From Dehalococcoidia bacterium (GTDB lineage Bacteria; Chloroflexota; Dehalococcoidia; Bin125), in contig OZ241913.1 in assembly GCA_965203775.1 (NCBI GenBank), forward strand, positions 2,832,015-2,896,014: 64,000 nt of DNA, written 5' to 3'. Numbering within the stretch: position 1 is the stretch's first letter; each line of letters starts with the position of its first letter. Made by a program: the position numbers and the translations under genes. The notes beneath the pieces were generated by a model that was not told the DNA's origin, ran no database searches, and saw only the letters and a program-made list of their open reading frames with translations. This document shows positions 44,788 to 56,036 of the stretch, in pieces.

Positions 44788-46329
44788 GTGGGGCAGATGG
44801 ACGACGAACTGATCCAGGAGGTGCTCGATGCGCGCGCGGCGGCGATGGACGACGCGCGCCCCGAAGCCGCGGCCAAGGTCCACGCGCGGGACAAGTTCAC
44901 CGCTCGCGAGCGAATTGCGATGCTGCTCGACCCGGACTCATTCGTCGAATATGGCGTGCTCGCCGTGCCCGGCAACCCGCAGATCGAAGGGCCCGCCGAC
45001 GGACTCGTGCAGGGCGTCGGTGCGATCGACGGCTCGCCCGTGGCCATCGCCTCCTACGACTACACCGTGCAGGGCGGCACGCAATCCTCGCTGAATCACG
45101 GCAAGTTCGATCGCCTCGTCGAGCTGTGCTACGACCGCGGCTGGCCGCTGGTCACGTTCGCCGACGGGGGCGGCGCGCGCGCCAACGACCTCGGCGGCGG
45201 CTCACTGACGGGCGGCGCGAGCGCCCTGAGCGGACGCTGGGGCACCTGGGACGGCATGGCCGCCCTCTCCGGCTGGGTGCCCACCGTCTCGGTCGTCTCC
45301 GGGCGCTCCTTCGCCGGCAACGCCAGCATCGCGGGTATCTCCGATGTCGTGATCGCGACCAGAGACTCGGCGATCGGCATGGGCGGCCCGCCGCTCGTCG
45401 AAGCCGCCCTGGGGATCAAAATGACGCCCGACGAGCTCGGCCCCGCCGAGCTGCACGAGAGCGTCGGCGGCGTCGATCTGATGGTCGAAACGGAAGCCGA
45501 GGCGATCGAGGCCGCCGGCCGCTACCTGCGCTACTTCCTCGGCGATCTCGAGCAATACGAGGAATCGCCCCAGGCCGCGCGAATCCGCTCAATCGTGCCC
45601 TCCAACCGACGCCGCGCCTACGACATGCGCAAGGTGCTGCGCGCGGTGATGGATCACGACTCGGTGATGGAGCTGCGCCCGGTCTGGGCGCCCCAGGCGA
45701 TCACCGCGCTGGCGCGGCTTGGCGGCCGCGCCGTGGGCGTGATCGCCAATCAGCCGCTCAGCGCCATCGCCGGCGCGATTGACTCCGACGCCTCCGACAA
45801 GCTGGCCCGCTTCATCCAGCTCTGCGACGCCTACGACCTGCCGATGGTCTCGTTCATCGACAACCCGGGCTACATGGTCGGGCGGCCCGCGGAAGCGTCG
45901 GGCATCGCGCGGCATCACGCCCGCCCGATCATCGCCCATCACCACCGCACCGTGCCGCTCTACACAATCCAGCTGCGCAAGGCCTACGGGCTCGGCCCGG
46001 CGGCGATGGGCAACAGCTACGCGCAGCGCGATCTGCGCCTCGCCTGGCCCACGGCCGAGTCGGGCGCGATGGGCCTGGAGGGCGCGGCGCTGCTCGTCCG
46101 CCGCGACGAAATCGCCGAGACCGACGACCCGGCCGAAGCCCGCCGCATCCGCGACGAGTTCGCCGAAAACCTGCGCCAACAGGGCTCCGCGCTCAACGCC
46201 GGCCGCCGCTACGAATTCGACGACGTGATCGCCCCCGAGGAGACGCGAGAGCGTCTAATCGCGCTGCTCCGCCTCACCCCAAAACCCCCGCCGCGCACAA
46301 AAAAGAAGCACCCCATCGACGCCTGGTAG
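44788..46329 (+). CDS. acyl-CoA carboxylase carboxyltransferase subunit (propionyl-CoA carboxylase beta / methylmalonyl-CoA carboxyltransferase family)
   Basis: ARERIAMLLDPDSFVEYG, GGTQSSLNHGKFDRL (N-terminal carboxyltransferase subdomain), ANQPLSAIAGAIDSDASDKLARFIQLCDAYDLPMVSFIDNPGYMVG (C-terminal subdomain). Confidence 0.85.
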   Translation: MGQMDDELIQEVLDARAAAMDDARPEAAAKVHARDKFTARERIAMLLDPDSFVEYGVLAVPGNPQIEGPADGLVQGVGAIDGSPVAIASYDYTVQGGTQSSLNHGKFDRLVELCYDRGWPLVTFADGGGARANDLGGGSLTGGASALSGRWGTWDGMAALSGWVPTVSVVSGRSFAGNASIAGISDVVIATRDSAIGMGGPPLVEAALGIKMTPDELGPAELHESVGGVDLMVETEAEAIEAAGRYLRYFLGDLEQYEESPQAARIRSIVPSNRRRAYDMRKVLRAVMDHDSVMELRPVWAPQAITALARLGGRAVGVIANQPLSAIAGAIDSDASDKLARFIQLCDAYDLPMVSFIDNPGYMVGRPAEASGIARHHARPIIAHHHRTVPLYTIQLRKAYGLGPAAMGNSYAQRDLRLAWPTAESGAMGLEGAALLVRRDEIAETDDPAEARRIRDEFAENLRQQGSALNAGRRYEFDDVIAPEETRERLIALLRLTPKPPPRTKKKHPIDAW

Positions 46330-46334
46330 CAGCC

Positions 46335-46690
46335 GGAGCCCTCTCTCCATCGCACCCTTTCCCTCCGCCATACCCGCACCCTTTCCCTCCGTCATTCCTG
46401 CGCAGGCAGGAACCCACCCACCCCCGCCCCTTCCTCAATTTATCCCTCCCCCCTTCCAGGGGGGAGGTTAGGTGGGGGGTGGAAGGCAGCGAGCCGACAC
46501 CCCAGTCGCACCGCGCCCCGATCGCCCCCGCCGCCCTCTCCGTCGCACCCCCCCTCCGTCGCACCCGCCCCCTTCGTCATACCTGCGCCCTCTCCGTCGC
46601 ACCCGTCCCCTTTCCGTCATACCCGCACCCCTCTCCGCCATTCCTGCGCCCCTTTCCGTCATTCCTGCGCAGGCAGGAACGGCGGAAATG
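46335..46690. repeat. intergenic repeat island
   Basis: Family-B hairpin at ~46450 and family-A units. The tracker ORF 46472..47995 reads through this island before the real start. Confidence 0.8.
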
Positions 46691-46726
46691 ACGCGCCAGC
46701 GGCGATACGCTGCGGGCGAGGACCAA

Positions 46727-47995
46727 ATGCCGCACCGCCGCGCCCTGACCGCCCTGGCCGCGATCGCTCTCTGCGCCCTGCTGGCGGCGGCCGTCGGCTG
46801 CGCCCGCGACAGCGCCGTCGCGCCGGGCCCGCTGGGCGCAGTCGAACTGACGGCGGAAGAACCGATCCAAATCGGCGCGCTCCTGGCCTTCTCCGAGCTG
46901 CCCGAACTCAGCCAGACAGTGGCCGACGGCGTGCGGCTGGCGATCGCCGACTACGGCGAGATCGCCGGGCGGGCGGTGCGCCTGACCGATCCGCTCGACA
47001 GCGGCTGCTCGCCGGAAGCGGGCCAGGACGCCGCGCGCGAAGCGATCGCCGACTCCGACCTGATCGGCGTGATCGGCACGATCTGTTCCAGCGCGGCCAT
47101 CGAGGCCGCGCCGCTGATCAGCGATGCCGGAATGGTCATGATCTCCCCCTCCAACACTGCGGCCTCGCTCACCTCGGACCTGCGCGGCGCGCGCGGCGCA
47201 AATCACCACAACGGCTACCTGCGCGTGATCAATAACGACCTCAACGAAGGACTCGCGCTGGCCGACTTCGTCTACTACGAACTCGGTCTGCTGCGCGCCG
47301 CGGCGATCCACGACCGCGACACCTACCACGCCGAGCTGACGGCGGCCTTCGGCGACGCATTCGAGACGTTGGGCGGCGAACTGTCGCTGGTCGAAACGAT
47401 CACGCGCGGCGCGACCGACATCTCCGCGGCCCTGCAGGCGCTCGCCGAGACCGCGCCGGAGGTCGTCTTCTTCCCACTCCAGCCCGACGACGCGCTGCGT
47501 TTCATGCGCCAAGCGCGGCAAAACGCCGCCTTCGACCAAACGGTGTTCGTGACCGGCGACCTGACATTCTCCGAAGCGTTTCTCGCGGTGCCCGAGACGG
47601 ACGGCGTCTACGCCGCCGGGCCGGCGTTTGAGCTGGGCGGCAATGTCAACGAGGCGACGGGCAAGAGCATCGAACAGGCTCTGGCCGAATACCGCGAGCG
47701 GTTCGGCGAGCCGGAGTCCGACCTGTGGGCCTACGGCTACGACGCGGCGACGCTGCTGCTATCGGCGATCGAGGCGGTCGCGGTTGAGGACGGCGGCGCG
47801 CTGCGCATCGACCGCGCGGCGCTGCGCGAGGCGCTCTACGGCCGCCAGCGCTTCCACGGCCTGACCGGCGCGCTCGGCTGCGACGAGTTCGGCGACTGCG
47901 GCCACGGCGAGGTCGTCATCTATCGCCACGACGCAGGCGTCACCGACTTCAACCAGCTGCCAATCATCTTCCGCTACGAGCCCTGGCGGCCCTGA
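46727..47995 (+). CDS. branched-chain amino acid ABC transporter substrate-binding lipoprotein (LivJ/LivK-like, PBP type 1)
   Basis: Lipoprotein signal MPHRRALTALAAIALCALLAAAVGC, then IQIGALLAFS...GVIGTICSSAAIEAAP, the periplasmic-binding-protein type I fold pattern. Alternative start at 46688 (MTRQRRY). Confidence 0.8.
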   Translation: MPHRRALTALAAIALCALLAAAVGCARDSAVAPGPLGAVELTAEEPIQIGALLAFSELPELSQTVADGVRLAIADYGEIAGRAVRLTDPLDSGCSPEAGQDAAREAIADSDLIGVIGTICSSAAIEAAPLISDAGMVMISPSNTAASLTSDLRGARGANHHNGYLRVINNDLNEGLALADFVYYELGLLRAAAIHDRDTYHAELTAAFGDAFETLGGELSLVETITRGATDISAALQALAETAPEVVFFPLQPDDALRFMRQARQNAAFDQTVFVTGDLTFSEAFLAVPETDGVYAAGPAFELGGNVNEATGKSIEQALAEYRERFGEPESDLWAYGYDAATLLLSAIEAVAVEDGGALRIDRAALREALYGRQRFHGLTGALGCDEFGDCGHGEVVIYRHDAGVTDFNQLPIIFRYEPWRP

Positions 47996-48044
47996 GGCCC
48001 GTTCACACTTCCGCCAGCCCGCGCTCGCCACAGCCATCTCGCCG

Positions 48045-48296
48045 AGCCCAGCGCCCAGCCAACACCCACACCTTCCCCAATTCATCCCTCCCCAATTCAT
48101 CCCTCCCCAATTCCAGGGGGGAGGGATGAATTGGAGGTGAGAGCGGTCGTTGGGGTGGGTGGGTTCCTGCCTGCGCAGGAATGACGGAGGGGGCGCAGGA
48201 ATGACGGAGGGGGCGCAGGAATGACGGAGGGGGCGCAGGAATGACGGAGGGGGCGCAGGAATGACGGGAGTGTGAACACGCCCCGGGCGGGCGCAC
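48045..48296. repeat. short repeat island with a 19-bp tandem array (GCGCAGGAATGACGGAGGG x4-5)
   Basis: 48176-48270: ggagggggcgcaggaatgacgg repeated head-to-tail, preceded by a truncated family-B copy. Confidence 0.85.
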
Positions 48297-48584
48297 TTAT
48301 TCGCCGAGGCGGCCGATGCCGTCTACCTTCCACTCGCCGTTGACCTCCAGCCAGTCGGTGTAGATGCCGCCCCCGCCTTCGTCGCCCTGGAACCAGATTT
48401 CGTAGCGGTTGCCCTCCTGGGGGCGCAGCTCGAAGGAGTCGGAGCCTTCGGCGCTTTGCTCGCCGCTTTGCAGGGCGAGCGCTTGCATCAGGCCTTGCGG
48501 GGTGAACATCGGCATCAGCAGCGCGATGTTGTTGGCGACCAGCGCCTCGGCCAGCTGCTCGACGGTCTCTCGGAGGTCTGCCAT
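48297..48584 (-). CDS. small hypothetical protein (95 aa)
   Basis: ATG (cat 48582-48584) with aaggaaacc RBS. Peptide MADLRETVEQLAEALVANNIALLMPMFTPQG...YEIWFQGDEGGGGIYTDWLEVNGEWKV. Confidence 0.5.
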   Translation of the reverse strand: MADLRETVEQLAEALVANNIALLMPMFTPQGLMQALALQSGEQSAEGSDSFELRPQEGNRYEIWFQGDEGGGGIYTDWLEVNGEWKVDGIGRLGE

Positions 48585-48719
48585 TGGATCGGTTTCCTTA
48601 CCTGGCGCTGTCGCGCGGCTTACGCCGCGTAGTTCGGATTTCGCATACGCTCGCAGGATACGCGCAGGCGCGCCGCAGGTCTGCGGGCGCGTTCGCCCGC
48701 AGTGGGGAGCGGAGACCGC

Positions 48720-49604
48720 ATGGCCGACAATCTGCCCGACATTTCGCCCGATCATTCGCCCAATACGACGCCCGCCGAGATGGCCGGTGGCGGGCCGATC
48801 ATCGTCGCCTCGAACGTCCACAAGACCTACGCCGCCGAGGGGCAGCCGGTGCATGCGCTGCGCGGCGTCTCGCTCTCGGTCGACCGCGGCGAGATGGTCT
48901 CGATCATGGGTCCTTCGGGCTGCGGCAAGACCACGCTGCTCAACTGCCTTTCGGGGCTTGAGGTGATCGATGAGGGCGAGATCACGATCGAGGGCTCGCC
49001 GATTCAGACGATGCCCGACAACGTGCGCACCGACTACCGCGCGCGGCGGATGGGCTTCGTCTTTCAGTTCTACAACCTGCTGCCGGTGCTGACCGCGGTC
49101 GAGAATGTGGAGATGCCGCTGCTGCTCAGCGGGGTGCGTCCGGGCGAGGCGCGGCGGCGGGCGATGGAGGCGCTGGAGACGCTCTCGCTGGGCGACTGGG
49201 CGCGGCACCGCCCGGCGCAGCTGTCGGGCGGGCAGCGGCAGCGCGTCACGATCGCCCGCGCGCTGGTCAACAATCCAACCATCGTCTGGGGCGACGAGCC
49301 AACCGGCGACCTCGACTCGACCACCGCGGACCAGATTATGAGGCTGATGGAGCAGCTCAACGAGGAGCGCGGGCAGACATTCATCATCGTCACGCACGAT
49401 CAGGGCGTGGGCGCGCGCGCGCACCGCACGATCCACATGCGCGACGGCGAGATCGAGGACGAAACCGTACACCGCCCGTTCGCGCGGCGCGGCGCGGCGG
49501 GGCCGAGCGCCGCCGATCCGGAGGCGGTCTGGGCGGGGCAGCACGACGCCGGCGAGCAGCAGGATGAGCGCGGGATGGCGGCCGCCGCGGAGCCGCGGCG
49601 ATGA
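48720..49604 (+). CDS. ABC transporter ATP-binding protein (MacB/LolD/FtsE-like)
   Basis: Walker [10 protein letters not shown], signature [15 protein letters not shown], Walker [14 protein letters not shown]-loop VTHD. Confidence 0.85.
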   Translation: MADNLPDISPDHSPNTTPAEMAGGGPIIVASNVHKTYAAEGQPVHALRGVSLSVDRGEMVSIMGPSGCGKTTLLNCLSGLEVIDEGEITIEGSPIQTMPDNVRTDYRARRMGFVFQFYNLLPVLTAVENVEMPLLLSGVRPGEARRRAMEALETLSLGDWARHRPAQLSGGQRQRVTIARALVNNPTIVWGDEPTGDLDSTTADQIMRLMEQLNEERGQTFIIVTHDQGVGARAHRTIHMRDGEIEDETVHRPFARRGAAGPSAADPEAVWAGQHDAGEQQDERGMAAAAEPRR

Positions 49605-52600
49605 ACAACATCTTCGGCGCGGACATCAACGACATCGCGCTGGGCGTCGGCATCGCCGTCGCCGTCGTGATGGCGGTGCTGGTCTTCTTCACGCTGCGCC
49701 GCCCGCTGGTGGTCAAGATGGGGCTGCGCAACATCCCGCGTCGGCGGGCGCAGACCGTGTTGATCGTCTTCGGCCTGACCCTGGCCACGATCATCGTGGC
49801 GATGTCGTTTGTGACGGGCGACACGCTGGCGATCTCGGTGCGCGAGGCGGCGCTCGACAACCAGCGGCGGATCGATCACGCGATCAGCGTGGCCGACGAC
49901 GCCGAGACCGCGCCGGGCGCGAATCGGCTCGTCTCCGATCAGGTGATCGACGACCTGCGCCGACAGTTCGACGGCGATCCGCGGGTGGACGGCGTTTTCG
50001 GCATCCGCTTCGTGCCGGCCTCGGTGCGCAATCTCGATACGCGGCTCTCCGAGCCGACCTTCTGGCTGGTCGGCGTCGATCCGTCCGATGTGGACCGGGT
50101 TGGCGCGGTGCCGGACGAGCGCGGGGGCGATTTCGCGATGTCGGGCGTCGGCGCGAACGAGATCGTGATCAACGAAACGACCGCGCAGCAGATTGCGGCC
50201 GAGGTGGGGCACACGCTGGAGCTGCGGATCGGCCCGCGTGCCTACGAACTGCGCGTTGCGGCGGTCGCCCAGGACTCACTGATCACCGGCCAGGTTGACG
50301 ATTCCGACAGTTCGACCGGGGGCGTCGTGCCGATTGACACGCTGCGCGACGCGCTGCGCGGCGTAGATGCGGTCGAGGGCTGGACGCTCGTCGCGGTCGC
50401 CTCGGGCGGGAGCATTCGCGGCGGGCTGGATCTGTCGGATGATCTCGACGGCGTGCTGGAGGAGTACCTGACTCACCGCACGCAGGAAGAGCAGCAGCAG
50501 CGCACGGCGGGGCGGCTGGGCGAGGCGGACCAGTCGATCTACTACGACCCGCTGAATTTGACCGAGCGGCTACAGACCGATCCCTCGAAGAAGGACGCGG
50601 TGGACGGCGCGGAGCTGCTGGGCGCGGTGCTGGTGCTGCTCTTCCTCTTCATGGGTTCGTTCTCGGTTGCCGCGGGCGTGCTGCTGATTTTCCTGATCTT
50701 CGCGATGCTGGCGGAAGAGCGGCGCTCGGAGATGGGGATGTCGCGGGCGATCGGGATGCAGCGCGACCACCTCATTCAGATGTTCATGTCGGAGGGGATG
50801 GTCTACAACCTCGGCGCGTCGGTGGTCGGCGTGGCGCTCGGCCTGGTGATCACGCTGGGGATGGTCTCGTTCCTCAACTCGGCGCTGGACGCCTTCGGCT
50901 TCACCTTCACCTGGAGCGTAACCTGGCAGGCGCTGGTGATCTCCGGCGGGATCGGGCTGGTGATCACGTTCATCACGATGACGGTCTCCTCATTCCGCGC
51001 CAGCGTGCTGAACATCGTCGCGGCGATTCGCGACTTGCCCGATACGTCGTTGAGCCGGCGAAAGAAATTGTCGCTGGTGGGCATCGTGACGACTCCGCTC
51101 GGTGTCGGGTTGCTGCCTACCACGCTGATCACTTTCCCGGCCGGTTCAGTACTTCTTCTGCTGCTGGGCCGAACTGGCAATCGCCGCCCGCCGACAACCT
51201 CTTGGTGGTTGATGCCTGCCTGGCGACTGATGCTGTGGCGCGCCGAGTGGGGTATGTACACCACGCCCATCGGCCTCGTTCTGTTGCCGACCCTCCCGCT
51301 CACGCTCCTGCTTGGCGCGCTGGCATTGGTGTTCATAGGCATGCTCGGTGGGCTGCGGGCCTCAGCCGTGCCGTGGCTGCTAGTGCCAGCGTGGAAAATC
51401 TTGACCTGGCGCCCTGAGTGGTGGGTTCCCTTGTTCGCCGGCGGCGTGGGGCTGATCCTCTACGGGCTCGACCGCGAGACGCTGTTCTACTACTCGATCG
51501 GCGGCTCGATCGCCCCGCTGGGACTGGTGATGCTGCTGACCCGCGTGGGGCTGCCCGGGCGCCCGCTGTGGACGCTGGCCTCCGCGTTCGTGCTCTTCTT
51601 CTGGCTCTCGCCCCGCGCCTGGCACAACGATCTGTTCAACATCGACCTCGACGGCGGCCCCGAGCTGTTCGTCGTCAGCGGGATGATGATGACCGCGGCC
51701 GGCGCGCTGCTGCTGGTCTTCAACCTGGAAACGCTGGTGCGCATCTTCAGCGTGGGGATGGCGCGGGCGGGCAAGTACGCGCCGGTGCTGCGCGCCGCGG
51801 CGGCCTACCCGGCGGCGTCGCGCTATCGCACGGGGATGACGATCGCGATGATCGCGCTGATCATGTTCGCGCTGGTCAACTTCACCGTGGTCAACTCATC
51901 GTTCAACCGCTCGACGGGCACTGACGATCAGCTGGCGGGCTACGCGATTCAGGCCGAATCGACGCGGCTCGAAGCGATTGACGACCTCCGCGCGGCGCTT
52001 TCGGAGGCCGGCGCGAGCGATACGCTGGCGCGAATTCGCAGCAGCGGTGCGCTGACCGCGGGCCCGCTGACCGGCACGCCGGTGCAGACGCTGCGCAGCG
52101 AGCGCTGGGATCCCAGCCTCAACGCGGCGATTGAGGGCGCGGGCGGCGCGCCGATCGTCGATGATCTGAGCGGCGATGAGGAGAATCACGCCGGCGAGGT
52201 GGTGCTGCTCGCGGGCGACGACGGCTTCTACGACGGCAACGAGATTTTGCTGCAGGCGCGCACCGCCGACTACGCCTCCGACGGCGAGGTTTGGGCCGCG
52301 CTGAAGCGCGGCGAGCCTGTGGCAATAATCAGCCGCGCGACCGTCGAGGGCGGCGCCTTCGCCGGCGGCGACAACTGGCGGATGCCCTCCGATGTCGATC
52401 AGCGCGCCTCCGCGCTGCCGCGCACCACGCTGCAAATCGGCCACTCCGCCGGCGCGAAGGTCGAGGTGGAGGTGATCGCGCTGACGCCCACGCTGGCCTT
52501 CGACGCGTTCGAGCCGCCGGGCGAGGCGGGCGCCCGGCCGGCTGTGATCGTGCCGCGCGCGGTCTGGGATCAGCTGATCGGCGAGGCGAGCCTGGTGCGG

Positions 52601-53122
52601 CATCTGGTCGCGGTGCGCGGCGGCGAGGACTCGCTGGAGGTCGCGCAGGAGATCGAGTCGACGCTGCTGATCGAGGCCAACGACCTGGCCGGCGAACAGG
52701 AGCGCAACGCGCGGCTGACCAACTCGTTCCTGCGTGCATTCCAGGCGTTTATCGGCATCGGCCTGGCAGCAGGTCTGGCGGCGCTGGGCGTGATCGCAGT
52801 GCGCGCAGTGGTGGAGCGGCGCGGGCAGATCGGCGTGCTGCGCTCGCTCGGCTTCCGCTCGCGGATGGTCGGCCTCGAAATGCTGCTGGAAATGGGCTTC
52901 ATCGCCTTCCTCGGCGTCGCGCTGGGCACCACGCTGGCGCTCGCGCTCGCCTGGCGGCTGTTCGATGAGCAGACTTTCGGCCCCGGCATCTCGCTCTACA
53001 TTCCCGTCGGCACGATCGCGATCTTCGTCGTGGGCGCGCTGGCCGCGTCGCTGGTGCTGACCTATCTGCCCGCGCGGCAGGCGGCGCGCACGACCATCGC
53101 CGAAGCGCTGCGCTACGAGTAG
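49601..53122 (+). CDS. ABC transporter permease, FtsX-like family (MacB-type, two FtsX domains, ~1170 aa)
   Basis: Overlaps the ATPase gene by 4 bp. N-terminal TM then a large periplasmic domain. Two 4-TM FtsX-like blocks (…[25 protein letters not shown]… and …[18 protein letters not shown]...[12 protein letters not shown]). Confidence 0.85.
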   Translation: MNNIFGADINDIALGVGIAVAVVMAVLVFFTLRRPLVVKMGLRNIPRRRAQTVLIVFGLTLATIIVAMSFVTGDTLAISVREAALDNQRRIDHAISVADDAETAPGANRLVSDQVIDDLRRQFDGDPRVDGVFGIRFVPASVRNLDTRLSEPTFWLVGVDPSDVDRVGAVPDERGGDFAMSGVGANEIVINETTAQQIAAEVGHTLELRIGPRAYELRVAAVAQDSLITGQVDDSDSSTGGVVPIDTLRDALRGVDAVEGWTLVAVASGGSIRGGLDLSDDLDGVLEEYLTHRTQEEQQQRTAGRLGEADQSIYYDPLNLTERLQTDPSKKDAVDGAELLGAVLVLLFLFMGSFSVAAGVLLIFLIFAMLAEERRSEMGMSRAIGMQRDHLIQMFMSEGMVYNLGASVVGVALGLVITLGMVSFLNSALDAFGFTFTWSVTWQALVISGGIGLVITFITMTVSSFRASVLNIVAAIRDLPDTSLSRRKKLSLVGIVTTPLGVGLLPTTLITFPAGSVLLLLLGRTGNRRPPTTSWWLMPAWRLMLWRAEWGMYTTPIGLVLLPTLPLTLLLGALALVFIGMLGGLRASAVPWLLVPAWKILTWRPEWWVPLFAGGVGLILYGLDRETLFYYSIGGSIAPLGLVMLLTRVGLPGRPLWTLASAFVLFFWLSPRAWHNDLFNIDLDGGPELFVVSGMMMTAAGALLLVFNLETLVRIFSVGMARAGKYAPVLRAAAAYPAASRYRTGMTIAMIALIMFALVNFTVVNSSFNRSTGTDDQLAGYAIQAESTRLEAIDDLRAALSEAGASDTLARIRSSGALTAGPLTGTPVQTLRSERWDPSLNAAIEGAGGAPIVDDLSGDEENHAGEVVLLAGDDGFYDGNEILLQARTADYASDGEVWAALKRGEPVAIISRATVEGGAFAGGDNWRMPSDVDQRASALPRTTLQIGHSAGAKVEVEVIALTPTLAFDAFEPPGEAGARPAVIVPRAVWDQLIGEASLVRHLVAVRGGEDSLEVAQEIESTLLIEANDLAGEQERNARLTNSFLRAFQAFIGIGLAAGLAALGVIAVRAVVERRGQIGVLRSLGFRSRMVGLEMLLEMGFIAFLGVALGTTLALALAWRLFDEQTFGPGISLYIPVGTIAIFVVGALAASLVLTYLPARQAARTTIAEALRYE

Positions 53123-53131
53123 CATCTACAT

Positions 53132-53962
53132 ATGCCCGATACCGACGCGCTGTTCGAGCTGGCCTTCGGCTACGACCGCGACCTGCCGCTTGAGGTTGAG
53201 CGGCGCACGGTGCGCGAGGCGGACTCGCTCAAGCTTGAGCGGTTCGAGCTGAGCTCGCGCAACGAGCAGCGCGTGCCCGGCCTGCTGCTCTCCGACCCTA
53301 CCGTCGCGGGCCCGCGCCCGCTGGTGCTGGTGGGGCATCCCGGCACGCTCGACAAGGCGGCCGACTACGTGCTCTGGCCGGCGCAGCAGTGGGTCGCGCG
53401 GGGCGCGATCTGCGCCACGATCGATCAGGCCGGCCACGGCGAGCGGGCGCAGCGCCCGGTGACGATGGACGACTTCCGCAACTGGCCGATGCGCCGCCTC
53501 GACCAGTCGCTGCAAACGGCGGTGGATTGGATGCGCGCGCTCGACTGGCTCTCCACGCTGCCCGAGATTGACGCCGAGCGGGTCGGGTTCGTCGGCTTCA
53601 GTATGGGCGGAATGCGCGGGGCGCCGTTCGTCGGTCTGGATCAGCGGGTGCGCGCCGCGGCGTTCTGCATCAGCGGCGCGACCACGTTGGGAGGTTCAGA
53701 CTCGCCGGCCGCGCAGCTCGCGTCGCGGCTGACCGACCCCGGCGTCTACGCGCCGATGACTGAGGGGCGGCCGATCCTGGTGGTCGCCGGCGAGCGCGAT
53801 GATCTGGTCACGCCCGAAGCGACGCAGCGCTTCTACGACCTGCTGCCCGAACCCAGGGAGATCGTCTGGCTGCCCTGCGGGCACTGGGATTTCATGCCGC
53901 AGGGCATTGAGCCGGTCGGCCCGTTCCTGGAGCGCGCGCTCGCCTACGGCGATGCGAGCTAG
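53132..53962 (+). CDS. alpha/beta hydrolase (dienelactone hydrolase / acetyl-xylan-esterase-like)
   Basis: GFVGFSMGG nucleophile elbow, the acid in VVAGERDDLV, the His in LPCGHWDF. Confidence 0.75.
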   Translation: MPDTDALFELAFGYDRDLPLEVERRTVREADSLKLERFELSSRNEQRVPGLLLSDPTVAGPRPLVLVGHPGTLDKAADYVLWPAQQWVARGAICATIDQAGHGERAQRPVTMDDFRNWPMRRLDQSLQTAVDWMRALDWLSTLPEIDAERVGFVGFSMGGMRGAPFVGLDQRVRAAAFCISGATTLGGSDSPAAQLASRLTDPGVYAPMTEGRPILVVAGERDDLVTPEATQRFYDLLPEPREIVWLPCGHWDFMPQGIEPVGPFLERALAYGDAS

Positions 53963-54606
53963 TCGTTCCAGATACGCGCGAGATCGACGGTCAGGCCAAC
54001 CAGCACGTCCTCGCCGCTCAGCGAGTCGGGTTTGTCCAACTCCTCCGGCTCGTCCTGCCCCTCGCGGTAGACCCAGACCTTCTCGCTGTAGGCGTCGACC
54101 AGCCAGCCGAGGCGAGCGCCGTAGGCCATCCACTGCTCCATCTTTTCCTGCTGGCGCGAGACGGAGTCGCTGCGCGAACGGATTTCGACTACGAAGTCGG
54201 GGCAGACCGGGATCAGTACCCCTTCGTAGTCCTGCGGGCGCTGCGCCATTCGCTCGTCGCTGGTCCAGGAGACATCGGGCGCGCGCAGCACGCCGCCGGG
54301 CAGGTGGGCCATGCCCGCCTCTCCGCCGATCCGCCCGCCTCCGCCGGCGCGCCGCCAGTTGCCGACGTCAATCAGAAACTCGGCGGCTCGTTCGCTGTTG
54401 TCCAATCCGGTGCCGGGCATGATCACCAACTCTCCGGCGGCAGTGGTCTCGAACTCCCAGCCTTCGTTGAGCTCGCACAGCTCGAGGAAGCATTCCTCAG
54501 TCAGCCGCCACTCGGGCGGCAGGCGCAGGTGGATGCACTCGAAGCCCCACTCGTTGGGCAGCGGCGCGCTGAGATCGGGTTTCGCCTCTGCTTCGGCAGT
54601 GACCAT
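53959..54606 (-). CDS. Uma2-family (DUF820) PD-(D/E)XK endonuclease-like protein, tandem copy 1
   Basis: MVTAEAEAKPDLSAPLPNEWGFE...VLIPVCPDFVVEIRSRSD...WVYREG. The Uma2 family carries the PDFVVEI nuclease motif. Confidence 0.8.
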   Translation of the reverse strand: MVTAEAEAKPDLSAPLPNEWGFECIHLRLPPEWRLTEECFLELCELNEGWEFETTAAGELVIMPGTGLDNSERAAEFLIDVGNWRRAGGGGRIGGEAGMAHLPGGVLRAPDVSWTSDERMAQRPQDYEGVLIPVCPDFVVEIRSRSDSVSRQQEKMEQWMAYGARLGWLVDAYSEKVWVYREGQDEPEELDKPDSLSGEDVLVGLTVDLARIWND

Positions 54607-54661
54607 CTCGCACTCCTCTCGGTCGGCTCAACCAGCATAGAAGCGCAGCGCTGCGCTTCAG

Positions 54662-55309
54662 CTAGTTGTTCCAGATGCGCGCCAGATTGACGACCAGACC
54701 GACCAGCACATCCTCGCCGCTGAGCGAGTCGGGTTTGTCCAGTTCCTCCGGCTCATCCTGCCCCTCGCGGTAGACCCAGACCTTTTCGCTGTAGGCGTCG
54801 ATCAGCCAGCCCAAGCGCGCGCCGTAGGACACCCACTGCTCCATTTTCTCCTGCTGGCGCGAGACGGAGTCGCTGCGCGAGCGGATTTCGACCACGAAGT
54901 CGGGGCAGACCGGGATCAGCACGCCGTCGTAACCTTCCTGACGCTGGCCAATCCGCTCAGGGCTGATCCAGGCAACATCAGGCGACCGCATTATCCCGTC
55001 GGGATGCCGCACCATTCCGTCGCCGGGGTGGTATTCGCCGTCGCCGCCCGAGCGGCTCCAGTTGCCAACGTCGACCAGAATTTCGGCGGCTCGCTTGCTG
55101 TTCTCGCGTCCGGTGCCGGGCATGATCACCAACTCTCCGGCGGCAGTGGTCTCGAACTCCCAGCCCTCGTTGAGCTCGCACAACTCGAGGAAGCACTCTT
55201 CCGTCAGCTGCCACTCCGGCGGCAGCCGCAGGCAGATGTATTCGAAGCCCCACTCGTTGGGCAATGGTGCGCTGAGATCGGGTTTCGCCTCTGCTTCGGC
55301 GGTGACCAT
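54662..55309 (-). CDS. Uma2-family endonuclease-like protein, tandem copy 2
   Basis: ~85% identical to copy 1. Same 215-aa length. Confidence 0.8.
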   Translation of the reverse strand: MVTAEAEAKPDLSAPLPNEWGFEYICLRLPPEWQLTEECFLELCELNEGWEFETTAAGELVIMPGTGRENSKRAAEILVDVGNWSRSGGDGEYHPGDGMVRHPDGIMRSPDVAWISPERIGQRQEGYDGVLIPVCPDFVVEIRSRSDSVSRQQEKMEQWVSYGARLGWLIDAYSEKVWVYREGQDEPEELDKPDSLSGEDVLVGLVVNLARIWNN

Positions 55310-55365
55310 CTTGGCCTCCTCTCGGTCGGCTCAACCAGCATAGAAGCGCCGTGCGGCGGCGCGGG

Positions 55366-56013
55366 TCAGTCGGTCCAGATACGCGCGAGATCGACGACCA
55401 GGTCGACCAGCACATCCTCGCCGCTGAGCGAATCCGGCTTGTCCAACTCCTCCGGCTCGTCCACGCCCTCGCGGTAGACCCAGACCTTCTCGCTGTAAGC
55501 GTCGACCAGCCAGCCCAGGCGAGCGCCGTAGGACATCCACTGCTCCATCTTCTCCTGCTGGCGTGAGACGGAGTCGCTGCGCGAGCGGATTTCGACTACG
55601 AAGTCGGGGCAGACCGGGATCAGTACCCCTTCGTAGTCCTCGGGGCGCTGCGCCATCCGCTCGTCGCTGGTCCAGGAGACATCGGGCGCGCGCAGCACGC
55701 CGCCGGGCAGATGCGCCATACCCGCTTCGCCGCCGATCCGTCCGCTACCGCCGGCGCGCCGCCAAATCACGACATCGGCCCCAATAAGCACCGCGCGCTC
55801 GCTGTTGTCTAATCCGGTGCCGGGCATGATCACCAACTCTCCGGCGGCAGTGGTCTCGAACTCCCAGCCCTCGTTGAGCTCGCACAACTCGAGGAAGCGC
55901 TCTTCCGTCAGCTGCCACTCCGGCGGCAGCCGCAGGCGGATGCACTCAAAGCCCCACTCGTTGGGCAATGGCGCGCTGAGATCGGGTTTTACTTGCGCTT
56001 CGGCAGTGACCAT
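55366..56013 (-). CDS. Uma2-family endonuclease-like protein, tandem copy 3
   Basis: ~88% identical to copy 1. The variable stretch is ERAVLIGADVVIWRRAGG. Confidence 0.8.
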   Translation of the reverse strand: MVTAEAQVKPDLSAPLPNEWGFECIRLRLPPEWQLTEERFLELCELNEGWEFETTAAGELVIMPGTGLDNSERAVLIGADVVIWRRAGGSGRIGGEAGMAHLPGGVLRAPDVSWTSDERMAQRPEDYEGVLIPVCPDFVVEIRSRSDSVSRQQEKMEQWMSYGARLGWLVDAYSEKVWVYREGVDEPEELDKPDSLSGEDVLVDLVVDLARIWTD

Positions 56014-56036
56014 CTTGGCCTCCTCTCGTAATCGTG

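Noticed and set aside
48160-48290. Possible CRISPR array (regularly spaced GCGCAGGAATGACGG repeats); similar patterns at 38940-39050, 60360-60480 and elsewhere
   Set aside because: The units are head-to-tail 19-22-bp tandem repeats with identical 'spacers' (GGGGG/GAGGG), not unique 30-40-bp spacers. The repeat is a half-site of the family-A interspersed element found at all islands. There are no cas genes.
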